A stretch of DNA of 63,777 nucleotides, counting the filler, from Planctomycetota bacterium (GTDB lineage: Bacteria; Planctomycetota; Planctomycetia; JALXBF01), in NCBI GenBank assembly GCA_026991575.1. It is 4 parts of 4 records of this genome, joined end to end, with 100 filler letters (N's around TTAATTAATTAA, not from the genome) between each part and the next. Parts side by side here need not be neighbours in the genome. Positions count along the whole stretch, not along the records: positions 1 to 25,064 come from JALXBF010000034.1; positions 25,165 to 49,766 come from JALXBF010000037.1; 2 more parts are not named here. The stretch is one strand, 5' to 3'. Within the stretch, counting starts at the first letter, position 1; each line of letters starts with the position of its first letter. Of this stretch, positions 20,170 through 30,088 are shown in pieces. Under the pieces are notes generated by a model that saw only the letters and a program-made list of their open reading frames with translations, was not told where the DNA came from and did no database searches. The translations under genes were made by a program, and so were the position numbers.

Positions 20170-21633
20170 TCACGCGAAGCGGAACGAGAACACATCCGCG
20201 TCACGGAGGACAAACCGGATCCGCACGGGCTGGCCTGCCAGCTGACCAAGCCTTTGTCCCGATCGCCACCGGACGGCAGCATCGATCCGGTCGCCGATGA
20301 TTTCGGCACATTCCGCCAGCGTGAAGCCCGGAATCGGCCGACCATCCGCGCGCTGAAGCTCCACGCGCAGCCCACCGGCGGCCGAAGTCGAGTAGTTCAA
20401 CAGTAGTCGGTTGCCCCGAAAACGGAGCGGTTTCGTGACCAGTTCACCGCCGGCCAGCGGGGCATAGACCGAGACGAAACCGTCGAGCCGCAGGCTGTAG
20501 CGTCGCAAGTGAATCGACGGATACGCGTAGTGATGGAGCACGTAGATGGAGAGCTCGTGTGGCCCGGTCTGCAGAAAGCCGCGCGCCGCGTAATTGGCAC
20601 GCGAAGTCCAGTTGCGCGGATCGAGGCCAGGTCGAATGAAAGCCTCACGGAAGCTGCGCTTCAGCTCGGCGCCACCTCGCGTGCTGACCAGGACAATGTC
20701 CGTGCAATCGCGGCCAAAGTCACCGAAGTCAGTCGATGTCCCCAGTGCGCGCGCTTCTTGCTGCGAGATCACCCGACGACCGGGAAAGAACCGCGTCGGT
20801 AACCCGAGGTAGATGTGTGGCGCGCGCGGGTACGGTGCGAACTGATTCGTGTAGAAGTGCACGCGAGGCTTACCGTCCAGCCCCAGGTCAACCGGTCGGC
20901 TCCAGCGCAAAAAGTCCTCAGATGTCGTCCGCGCAATCCATCGTTTTCCCTCCCGGGAGACACGGAAATAGCAAACATAGCAGCCTTCAGACTCGGACCA
21001 GAAAGCGACGTTCTGCGAATCGAACGCCCCCTCGGTAAACACCGGCCGGTCGCTCAGGAACCGCCAGCGTAGCCCGTCCGCAGAAGCAAGCGCGTACAGG
21101 CCACCACCGCCGCGAGTGCCGCCGATCGCTTTGAACCGCTGGTCCGCAGGACAGGCCGGGTTGCGATCGTAGAACGGTGCCATGTTGTGACACACCGAGT
21201 GGCGAGCCATGACGACGTTGTTGTCCTTGGTACCCAGTACCTCAAAGCGGCCAACCGTAGGCCGCTCCCAGCAAACGCCGTCCGAACTGGTAGCCACACA
21301 GGTGACCTCAGTGGCCGCATCGTGGCGGGCACGCGGCATGCCACGGTAGTAGGCAAGAAAGCGTTTCGTCTCCGGGTCATGGAGCACGGTCACGTAGCCA
21401 CTGTACTTGCCCTCCCACGGCCGGTCGAACCGTAGCACGATTTCGCGTTGCTGGGGTGAGTGCAAGCGGAGTACCGCGCCGTTGAGACGATCGATCACGT
21501 AGTCGTCGACGAAGAGTTCTCGTCGCGATCCGATGTGGCGTGGCTGCTGCTCGACACCCGCACGCAGCAGACTGACGGGAACGAACAAGTTTGCAGCGTT
21601 GCAAACACTCAGCAGGAACGCTCGCCTGTCCAC
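20170..21633 (-). CDS. Tat-exported beta-propeller (glycosyl-hydrolase-like) protein
   Basis: DRRAFL twin-arginine leader, S.DG..W repeats, FDSQN, RLDGFVS. Confidence 0.7.
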   Translation of the reverse strand: MDRRAFLLSVCNAANLFVPVSLLRAGVEQQPRHIGSRRELFVDDYVIDRLNGAVLRLHSPQQREIVLRFDRPWEGKYSGYVTVLHDPETKRFLAYYRGMPRARHDAATEVTCVATSSDGVCWERPTVGRFEVLGTKDNNVVMARHSVCHNMAPFYDRNPACPADQRFKAIGGTRGGGGLYALASADGLRWRFLSDRPVFTEGAFDSQNVAFWSESEGCYVCYFRVSREGKRWIARTTSEDFLRWSRPVDLGLDGKPRVHFYTNQFAPYPRAPHIYLGLPTRFFPGRRVISQQEARALGTSTDFGDFGRDCTDIVLVSTRGGAELKRSFREAFIRPGLDPRNWTSRANYAARGFLQTGPHELSIYVLHHYAYPSIHLRRYSLRLDGFVSVYAPLAGGELVTKPLRFRGNRLLLNYSTSAAGGLRVELQRADGRPIPGFTLAECAEIIGDRIDAAVRWRSGQRLGQLAGQPVRIRFVLRDADVFSFRFA

Positions 21634-22163
21634 GGCCGCTCTCCCGGATCGTTCGGTCTACAGCCACGGTAGCCTATGTTACCCGAGTAACAGCCTGACG
21701 CGATCGCTCTCGTCCGCGTCCACTCTCATGACCTGCTGGCAACCAGAGCGCGCTGGGGCGTGGGCAAGCGAAAATCGCCACCGCTTGGTTGCAAACCAGC
21801 GCCGCTTGACGTGAACCTGTCAGAAACACGCGGCCACGCTGCGTTAGTTCCTGGGAGGTTGGACAGAGAGGTTTCCGTTTCGGACCCGGCACGCTGGCGC
21901 AAGACCGGTGCGGGGCGCGTCGGTCCGCTTTGTTGGCTGGGTCGGCCGGCGGTGCGCGGGAAGCCAGAGCGATTAGAATATGGGTGTCTGGATCTGCTCG
22001 ACGGTGGGCTGGGGTCGGCTGGGCACAAGCGGCCTGGGGGTGGCTTACCGCTGGTGTATGCTCCAGCCGGACGACGCGCACAACGCCGTCGGGCAAATGA
22101 GGTGGGCAACTGGGGTGATATGGCTGGGTTAGGTGCAGTGTGAAGCCGGCTGGAGGTTGAGGG

Positions 22164-23429
22164 ATGCGCAAGAGCCAATTGCGCGAGCTGGCTGGGGCAA
22201 GCTGGCGGCTGGGCAAGCGGAACTTCACGTTCTTGCCGGCAGATCTCGCAGGTGATGTCGTGGGCCGTTCCCGGCCGTGGATCAAGGGGAAAGACGTCTA
22301 CCGGCTGCCACTCCTGGATGAACGCGGTCGTCTGGCGTACCTGGTGAGCATTCCCCGCAAGTTCGTCTCCTTGTTCCGCCAGCGTGCGCAGCAGCTCACG
22401 GCTGCTCGTCTCTACTGCGTCCCTCAGCTCCGCTGCGCACCCCGAGTTCTGGTCGACACACGGGACGTGGGGCGCCCGGTCGGTGTGTCGTTCGACTTCG
22501 TGGCGACACTCTGGCGCGCCCCTCGCGGTCATTCGTGGGCGTACTGGTTGAAGCAGTTTGAGAAGAAGGGAAAGATCTGGCCGCTCCACGTGCGGCTTCG
22601 GCTGATCCGCCAGCTCGTACAGGCCACCGCTGCTCTGGAGACCGCCGGGGTCGAGCACGATGCTCTCGATGCCAAGCACGTTTTCGTCCGGCTACGACGG
22701 CGGAAGAGCCCGGAATTGGCTATCACTGGATTTGACCGGTTGCCTCCTGCAGCGTACGCGGAGGCCATTCTGGACCGCCCCCCTCTTGCCGAGGGACACT
22801 CCGTTGACCGCTTCCGGCGTGACCGCCTCCTGGCGCAATTCCTGCTGCCCGAAGTGCAGTTTCCCGAAGAAGACAGGCCGCTGCGAACCGAGCTGGTAGC
22901 TCCGCTGCAAAAGGCTTTGTCGACGGCCATCGGTGCATTGCCGTCATCGTGGCACCGCTGCTTCGCCTACCTGGCCGATCCTTCGGTTGTGCTCTCCAGC
23001 GGCGTGGCACGTCCGAGCAGCGTGGCGCTCTGCGAGCAGATGGGCTGGGCCTACGTGCAGTTGCCCGGATCGGTCCAATCCCCCTCGATCTCCGTGCCCG
23101 GCACCGCGACCGTAGACTTCAATGCCGCTTCAGGGCCGGCCCCTTGGGCCGGGCCATCCGCACGGCGATTCCTCAGACGGCGCGGCTGGCGCAATCATCG
23201 GCTGGAGGCAGCCGTAGCCTGGATCGTGGCCGTCGCCCTGGGCTTTGTCGCCGGCACGCTGTTTGCCCGATACATCCTGGAACACAGGAGGCCGCCAGCG
23301 CAGCAAAACCAACGGCGACTCGGCCGCCAGATAGAGGTTCGGTCACTGCGCCTTCTTAGAGACAGGTACCTTAGAAACAAGTACGACACACTCCTGGACG
23401 AAGTCTTCGGAAAGGATGGCCGGCCGTAG
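22164..23429 (+). CDS. Hypothetical protein, degenerate kinase-like region plus C-terminal TM
   Basis: GGAGG RBS; GVEHDALDAKHVFV resembles a kinase catalytic loop; TM AAVAWIVAVALGFVAGTLF. Confidence 0.5.
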   Translation: MRKSQLRELAGASWRLGKRNFTFLPADLAGDVVGRSRPWIKGKDVYRLPLLDERGRLAYLVSIPRKFVSLFRQRAQQLTAARLYCVPQLRCAPRVLVDTRDVGRPVGVSFDFVATLWRAPRGHSWAYWLKQFEKKGKIWPLHVRLRLIRQLVQATAALETAGVEHDALDAKHVFVRLRRRKSPELAITGFDRLPPAAYAEAILDRPPLAEGHSVDRFRRDRLLAQFLLPEVQFPEEDRPLRTELVAPLQKALSTAIGALPSSWHRCFAYLADPSVVLSSGVARPSSVALCEQMGWAYVQLPGSVQSPSISVPGTATVDFNAASGPAPWAGPSARRFLRRRGWRNHRLEAAVAWIVAVALGFVAGTLFARYILEHRRPPAQQNQRRLGRQIEVRSLRLLRDRYLRNKYDTLLDEVFGKDGRP

Positions 23430-23628
23430 CGCTGGGAAACCGCTGGTCATCCCAGAACTGCCCTGGGTTGAGCGGCTGGCACAGGCTTCTTGATCGGCTT
23501 GTAGCGGGGCGTCGAACTGATGCACTGCTGGCCCGATCAGGAGCAGCCGCGGGACGAGGCGATTGCCGATTCGTGACTCGGCTCGGCCAGACGAACGCGC
23601 TGCGCCTGCAGGAGAACACCAAAGCGGC

Positions 23629-24906
23629 CTACATGCCCTCCACCGCACGTCTTACCTCACGCAGCGCGGCTTCGTCCGGCGGCCATGTCACCCATCTGCC
23701 GTCGCGCGCCACCTGAAGCAAGACCCTGGCACCCTTTGATACTTGCTCGCGCAGCTCCCGCACCGGGAAGACACACTGTGCGTGTTGGTTAACTGCGCTT
23801 CGCACGCCGGCTAAGAGCACCCCGGTGCCGGATAGCTCGGGCGCTTCCTCGCCATCGGCGGTACGGACGAAGAGCAAGCAGACTTTATCGTCGTCTTCCA
23901 GCGGAAAGTTCACCCGGCTCTGCGCCTGATATCGTCCGCTCGGATCGTGCCATACCAGCCAGAGCTGCTTGACGCCCGGCTTGGCCACCAGGCCGGCCAG
24001 GAGCGATCGCGGGTATGCTTGTTGAGCTCGTTGTTCACCTTTAGCAGCTGACGATTGCCCGGCGGCTTGCGGCCCAGCTGTGAAACTGTGGCACCAGGCG
24101 GCCAGGGCGTCGTGCAGGGATTCAGCCCAGTGGCGCAAGTCGCGATTCGCCGCGGACTCGTCGCCAGGGCAGCTACCACTTTCTGCAAGTGGCCGTTCGT
24201 GGTAGCCCGAATCGGCATTCGGAAACTTACCTAGCGCACCGAAAAGCTCTTCGACCAAGCTCGCGACCTTGCGCTGGGCCTCCCGTGCTGCTTCGTCCAG
24301 GCCCGGGCCAAGCCACCAGGGGAGAGCCCTACGGTAGCTTTCGGCCAGGGCGTTACACCAGCATGCAACTTGTGGGTGTGCTCTGACAGTGCTGAGAACG
24401 CCGCGTTGTTCGCGGAGGCGCGTGTCGTACTCCTGCAGCAAGTCAGTAAGCGGTTCGGATAGGTCGAGCACCTTGGCCGCGTCCAGTTCGCCTCTTGTCT
24501 CTGCCTGGCGCAAGCTGTGCATCAGGCCGAGGTAGAGTGCCTGCGCGTTGAGGCGATCAGACAGTGCCTCCAGACACATCCGGTCGCGCAGCTCCTGGTC
24601 TGCCTCTTCATCCCAGAACTCACCCAGCTTGCCGGCACGGGCTGCCAGGTCACGAAATCGTTCGCAAGCTGCTGGCAACGCAGCGAGGACCAGGCGCAAT
24701 GGCAGCCTACCGAAACGCTCCTCAGGCTCTCCACCAAACAGCAGACACTTGCCTAGCGCTTCGGCCGCCTCCACAGCCACTGCTCGGAGGACCTCGTCGC
24801 TGCAGTGCGCGTCGCCCGACACGCACGGGTGGCTGAGGGCTTCGCGGAGGCGACTGAGCGCAATCTTGGCGAGGTTCTCGTTTCTTGCTAGCTGTTCCGC
24901 ACTCAT
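23629..24906 (-). CDS. Hypothetical protein
   Basis: 425-aa ORF, GAGG RBS, natural composition; no recognised motif. Confidence 0.65.
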   Translation of the reverse strand: MSAEQLARNENLAKIALSRLREALSHPCVSGDAHCSDEVLRAVAVEAAEALGKCLLFGGEPEERFGRLPLRLVLAALPAACERFRDLAARAGKLGEFWDEEADQELRDRMCLEALSDRLNAQALYLGLMHSLRQAETRGELDAAKVLDLSEPLTDLLQEYDTRLREQRGVLSTVRAHPQVACWCNALAESYRRALPWWLGPGLDEAAREAQRKVASLVEELFGALGKFPNADSGYHERPLAESGSCPGDESAANRDLRHWAESLHDALAAWCHSFTAGPQAAGQSSAAKGEQRAQQAYPRSLLAGLVAKPGVKQLWLVWHDPSGRYQAQSRVNFPLEDDDKVCLLFVRTADGEEAPELSGTGVLLAGVRSAVNQHAQCVFPVRELREQVSKGARVLLQVARDGRWVTWPPDEAALREVRRAVEGM

Positions 24907-25064
24907 CGTTGCCTCACGTGTGTGAACGGTTGTCGGCGGGGCCGGCAGCCGACATGCTGCCGCCAGTTACGCTGTTCACAGACCCCGACCGACTCACGTT
25001 CAACGCCATCGAACTCTGACATGGATCCTACCGGTTTGTTGTGAGGATGTGCGGGAAGTCGGTC

Positions 25065-25164
25065 NNNNNNNNNNNNNNNNNNNNNNNNNNNNNNNNNNNN
25101 NNNNNNNNTTAATTAATTAANNNNNNNNNNNNNNNNNNNNNNNNNNNNNNNNNNNNNNNNNNNN
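25065..25164. other. Artificial contig spacer
   Basis: N44-TTAATTAATTAA-N44; the linker has stops in all six frames. Confidence 0.99.
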
Positions 25165-26954
25165 TACTTCGCGTTCCGCACCCCCTTTTGCGTCAGCTCC
25201 TGAACCTGCTTCTCACGCAGATGCAGGATGTTGTCCCGGTCGATCGGCTGACCACTGTAGACGAACCGGTCGCGCAGCCGGCAGACTGCTGCGGCCAGCG
25301 GTTCCGGACCGGCAATCCCGCGCAGTTTCACCAGGGCGAGACGCTCGAACTGCTGGGCGCGGCCGTTCGGTCGATAGTAGTCGGCGCAAAAGGAGAAAGA
25401 CGGGCTCAGTGGTCCGGAGTTTCCAAACGGCCGGAGCCTCAAATCGATGTGGAACACGCCCTCGCGGCGTGCCCAAACAACCTGCCGGAACACCCGGACG
25501 ACCGCGTCAGCCTGCTGTTGCAGTTCGTACCGTTGCCGCTCATCCGTCGCCGAGCGGTCATCGTGCACGAAGAGCAGCTCGATGTCCGAAGCAAAGCCTA
25601 ACTCGCGCCCCCCCAGCTTGCCCAGACCGAAAACAGCCATCTCCGGCAGCGGAGAACCACGACCAGTGACCTTTCCGATGCGCTGCCGCGCAAGCTCCAG
25701 TGCCACGCACACGACGGCCTCGGCCAGCTCGGTCAGCTCATAGCCGAACCGCGCAAAGTCGATCCGTCCGGTCAGGTGCCGTAGATCGATACGGAACATC
25801 TCCCGGTCCTTGAACCGGTTGAGCCGCTCGACCTTCTGTTCCCACCCCCGCTCGCTGGCCAGTTCATCCCAAAGTGCCTGCTCCAATTCCCGACGCACTG
25901 TCTGCCGGTCCAGCTCCGGTGCACTGGCCAGCACCGGGAAGAGCGTCTCGTGTTGCATGCGGAGGAAGTCCTCCCAGAGAAACTCGCTGGCACCGAGTAC
26001 CTGGGCCAGTCTCCGGAGGACCTCGTCTGAGGACAGATCACGGAGCCGCTGAAGCCAGTCCCGCCAGCGGAGCACCTCCTGGGCAAGCACGCTGAACTGA
26101 CGGAGCGCCTGCGCCGGGTTGGGCGCGCCGGGCAGAAGATGGGTGAACTGCTTGATGAGCACGGCAGCAACGCGCAGGTCGGCCAGCGCCGCTTCGTCAC
26201 GGATCTTTTCGCCCTGCTGGGTCGTCAACCAGAAATCGTCCCGCACCAGGCCGTCCACCGTGCGGACACGAACCCGGACGATGTTGAACCGCAGCATCGC
26301 CAGGGCATTGGCAAACTCGAAGACAAAGCCCAGTGTGTCGACCGACTCGATACGCACCACCGTTGCGGCCGGGTCACCGTCGTTGTCCACCTCGACACGC
26401 ACAGGGTACAGCTGCCGCGTCGGTGGCGGCTGGCGCGCAATCACCTCTGCAAACCGCTCCACCAACTCGGCGCGCGCCTGCTCCAGCTTGCCCTCATAGG
26501 CCATAGCCAGCAATCGCCGCAGCCCGGAGCGGATCCGCCCGATCAGCTCCGCAGGCTCCTGACCCTCGGGCAAACGGACCACGAAATGATCGAACAGTAC
26601 CGGGACCTCTTTCGGGCGCGCCGATCGCCGACGCCACGGTGGACGAGGCAGAATCGATCGGCTGCGGCGGCTCTTGAGCACCGGGATCGTATGGATGTCG
26701 CCTTCGACAATGTTGACCGAATGGACGGCAAACGTGCCCGAAATGAGCGACAGGGCCCCCAGCGTGTCCCGTCCGATGGCAACCAACACCCAGTGTTCGC
26801 CACGAGGCCACGCATCGACGTGAACGGCGCCTTCGTCCGCAGCCTCCTGGGCCAGGCGCGCCAGTTCAGGCAATCTGGCTTCGAACGCTTCGTCAAGCTG
26901 CCCGTGCAACCGGGCTCTCAGGCTCTGAACGAGCGACTCGGAAGACTCGGCCAT
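25165..26954 (-). CDS. glnE: Glutamine synthetase adenylyltransferase-like protein with N-terminal ACT-like domains (3' truncated by contig end)
   Basis: GLGKLGGRELGFASDIELLFV, IDLRLRPFG.SG, FERLALVK.R; ACT-like segments D..GAL and DTLGFVF. Confidence 0.8.
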
Positions 26955-27106
26955 GGGAAGACCTGTGTCGAGCGGACCGTGGCTGCGAAGTGCCACTTAT
27001 TCTACCATGCACCCGCTCCGTGCGGGCGCTGGGCGACGCAGCCTCCGTGGCACCGCGCCACAGGTCCGGACCTCACAGGGCCACGAACAGCACATCCGGC
27101 GAACAC

Positions 27107-28192
27107 TCATGTGCGCTTCAGCTCCTCCCTGCCGACCCCACTGCCAGGCCCCCCGTCTGACAACTCCAGCACATCCCGTACCTGATAGGCTGGCTTGCCC
27201 TGCGACTCGTAGTAGGTGCGCATCACCATCTCAGCCAGCAGGCCCATGAGGATGCTGAGGATGCCAGTAAGCACGAAGAGCACGACCAGTAACGGTAAGG
27301 GGGTCTCAACGAAGTCTTTGCCGGACTGTGGGGAAACTCCGAGCCAGCGCAGCCATCCCAGCTTAGCCAGCTTGTAGTAAACCGCCCAGACCGCGCAACC
27401 TATGCCAGCCAGCACACTGAACAGCCCAAAGCCGCCGAACAGGTGCATCGGCCGCTGGCCGTAACGGTCCAGGAACTTCAGCAGCAACAGATCTAGCACA
27501 ACGCGAAACGTGCGGCTGATGCCGTACTTGCTCCGCCCCTTCGTCCGTGGCCGATGGTTGACAACGATCTCCGTAACACGGGCCCCCTGCCAGACGGCAT
27601 AGATCGGCACAAAACGATGCATCTCGCCATAGAGCCGAACGCCGTCCAGCACAGAACGGCGGTAGGCCTTGAGGGTGCAGCCGTAGTCGTGGAGGTAAAC
27701 GCCGGAGATGCGTGAGATCAGACGATTGGCCAGCATCGACGGCAGCCGGCGACTTAAGAACGGATCCTTGCGGTTCTTGCGCCAACCGCTGACAACGTCA
27801 TAGCCCTCCTTCAGCAGGGCGATCAAGCGCGGGATGTCGCGCGGGTCATTCTGCATGTCCCCATCCATGGTGACCAGCACGGCGCCGCGGCTGTGATCGA
27901 TGCCCGCCGACAACGCGGCCGTCTGGCCCATGTGCCGCCGCAACCGGATGACCCGCAGCCTCGGATAACGGGCAAGCAACGAGCGGAGTCGCTCGACGGT
28001 ACCATCCGTGCTGCCGTCGTCGCAGAAGATCACCTCATAGTCTGCACCCAGCGATTCGAGCACGTCGAAGAGTTCAGCGCACAGCGGCTCCACGTTGTCC
28101 GCCTCATTGAACACCGGGATGACCACGGACAACTCCAGCCGCTCAGCTTGCTCCGTACGATGGTCCGTCACGGTACGCTGCAGTGTTGCCAT
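27107..28192 (-). CDS. GT2 polyprenol-phosphate glycosyltransferase (ArnC/GtrB-like)
   Basis: DDGSTD, GQTAA, MDGDMQNDP, HDYGCTLKAYR, GEMHRF, two C-terminal TMs. Confidence 0.9.
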   Translation of the reverse strand: MATLQRTVTDHRTEQAERLELSVVIPVFNEADNVEPLCAELFDVLESLGADYEVIFCDDGSTDGTVERLRSLLARYPRLRVIRLRRHMGQTAALSAGIDHSRGAVLVTMDGDMQNDPRDIPRLIALLKEGYDVVSGWRKNRKDPFLSRRLPSMLANRLISRISGVYLHDYGCTLKAYRRSVLDGVRLYGEMHRFVPIYAVWQGARVTEIVVNHRPRTKGRSKYGISRTFRVVLDLLLLKFLDRYGQRPMHLFGGFGLFSVLAGIGCAVWAVYYKLAKLGWLRWLGVSPQSGKDFVETPLPLLVVLFVLTGILSILMGLLAEMVMRTYYESQGKPAYQVRDVLELSDGGPGSGVGREELKRT

Positions 28193-28927
28193 CCGGCGCG
28201 CACGCGCAAAGCCGATCCACCCACGCGCAAGCGGTCCCGTTCACGCGATTTAGCCGATCGAAACGACCGGACCTCCGGCCCGACGCGCGATCGCCACAGA
28301 TCGGCCAGTCGACCGACCGCAAAGCTAAACCCACGTACCCACAGCGCTCGTCGACACGGCGTCCTGTACTGTCACTGCGCCCGAGCGACCATCGTGGTTC
28401 GCCCACCACGAGCACCCTTGCCGGTGCTCGCGCAGGCAACCTCTGGCCGCGCGCGATCGCCCCCGATCACGCAACCGACCCCAGAATATGCCCTCGCGCA
28501 ATCGGTCGATCGGGCGCACGTTCAACTTCGGCGATGCAATCAACGTAGCGAGATCGGTGGGGGTTCGGGCCGAGTAAGCCGAGGTCCCGTTACACTGAGA
28601 AGGCCGGTGTCGCCCGGGAAAGCATTGCCGCCGTCCAGTGACAGGCTGACACGCAAAGCTCGCGCAGAAAGCCTGACCCCGTCGCGGCCGCTGCCGCCGG
28701 CTGATGCGGGGTTGACGCCGAAGAACGGTCTGAGCGGGCACTATCCCGGCACACCCTGCCGCCCGGACAGGCCCTGAAGCGGTCGGCCCGCATCACGCTG
28801 GTGCCTCGTGCTGGGCGCTGCGGACGCTAACTTACGGAACAGGCCGGTCTATCGTGAGCTCGTGATCGAACCCCGGACATGGACAAGCACGCGGACACCG
28901 GCAGGAACCGCTAGAGCGAGGTCGTGG

Positions 28928-30067
28928 ATGAACGGACACGTGGCGCGCTTGGCGGGTACGAGCGAGTATGTCGAATTACGGCTGGACCGCGTCGGCGAGT
29001 CCGTGCAGATGAACCGCACCAGCCGAAGCGGCAGCGGCACGGCGATTCTCAGCCCAGGCTGGATCGATCTCCAAGTCAACGGGCTGGCCGGCATCGCGTT
29101 CAACAGCGACCAACTTCATGTTGACGACGTCCACTCCGTGACCCGTCAACTCTGGCAGTCAGGCACCAGCCAGTACTGCCCCACGCTCATCACCGACAGC
29201 CCGGATCGGTTGGCCCGCGTGCTGCGGATCCTGGCCGATGCGGCTGACGACCCCACCGAAGGGGAGGCTATTGTGGGCATTCATCTGGAAGGTCCGTTCA
29301 TCTCGCCGGAAACCGGGCCAAGGGGGGCTCATCCGCTTCAGTTCACCAGACCGCCGGATAAGGACCTGTTCCGGCGGTTTCAGGACGCGGCGCGCGGTCT
29401 GATCGTCGTCGTCACGCTGGCACCTGAGCTACCCGGTGCTTTGGAGTTCATCGAATGGCTCCGCGATCAGGGAGTCATTCCGGCCATCGGCCACACGGCT
29501 GCCAGCCCGGAGCAGATCCACGACGCGGCGCGTGCTGGAGCGTTGCTCGCCACTCACCTTGGCAACGGCGCCCACGAACAGCTGCACCGTCATCGCAACT
29601 ACATCTTCGCCCAACTGGCCGACGACCGGCTCATGGCCAGCTTCATTGCCGACGGCCACCACTTGCCGCCCGACACGCTGAAGGTCTTCCTGCGTGCGAA
29701 GACGCTTGAGCGATCCGTGCTGGTCAGCGACGTCATGCACTGGTCCAAGATGACGCCGGGCACTTATCGCTGGGAGCACCTGGAGGTTGAAGTGACCCCG
29801 TCCGGGAAGGCCCAAATTGTCGGCGAGCCCCGTCTGGCCGGTGCGACCGCTTGCCTGGACGAAGGGCTGGCGAACGTTGTCCGGTGGCTGTCACTTGACG
29901 TGGACGAAGCGCTGCAGCTTGTCAGCACCAATCCGGCTCGTCTACTCCGGGCGTCGCCCGCGGCCGCCAGACGCCTGGCCGCCGGTACCTACACGCTCCT
30001 GCACGATCTCCGGCCGGTCGCCACGATCGTGGCCGGCGCGTTGCGCTGGCGCGCCGCGGAGTTCTGA
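28928..30067 (+). CDS. nagA: N-acetylglucosamine-6-phosphate deacetylase
   Basis: PGWIDLQVNG, PTLIT, HLEGPF, GAH, TLAPE, GHT, THLGN, IADGHH. Start uncertain (28928 or 29009). Confidence 0.9.
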   Translation: MNGHVARLAGTSEYVELRLDRVGESVQMNRTSRSGSGTAILSPGWIDLQVNGLAGIAFNSDQLHVDDVHSVTRQLWQSGTSQYCPTLITDSPDRLARVLRILADAADDPTEGEAIVGIHLEGPFISPETGPRGAHPLQFTRPPDKDLFRRFQDAARGLIVVVTLAPELPGALEFIEWLRDQGVIPAIGHTAASPEQIHDAARAGALLATHLGNGAHEQLHRHRNYIFAQLADDRLMASFIADGHHLPPDTLKVFLRAKTLERSVLVSDVMHWSKMTPGTYRWEHLEVEVTPSGKAQIVGEPRLAGATACLDEGLANVVRWLSLDVDEALQLVSTNPARLLRASPAAARRLAAGTYTLLHDLRPVATIVAGALRWRAAEF

Positions 30068-30088
30068 GTCGACCGCTCGGGCCAGTCC

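Noticed and set aside
25065..25164. TTAATTAATTAA palindrome within N runs (also 49767-49866 and 57054-57153)
   Set aside because: Identical 100-nt artificial spacer; genes on either side are not linked, and ORFs containing X are artefacts.
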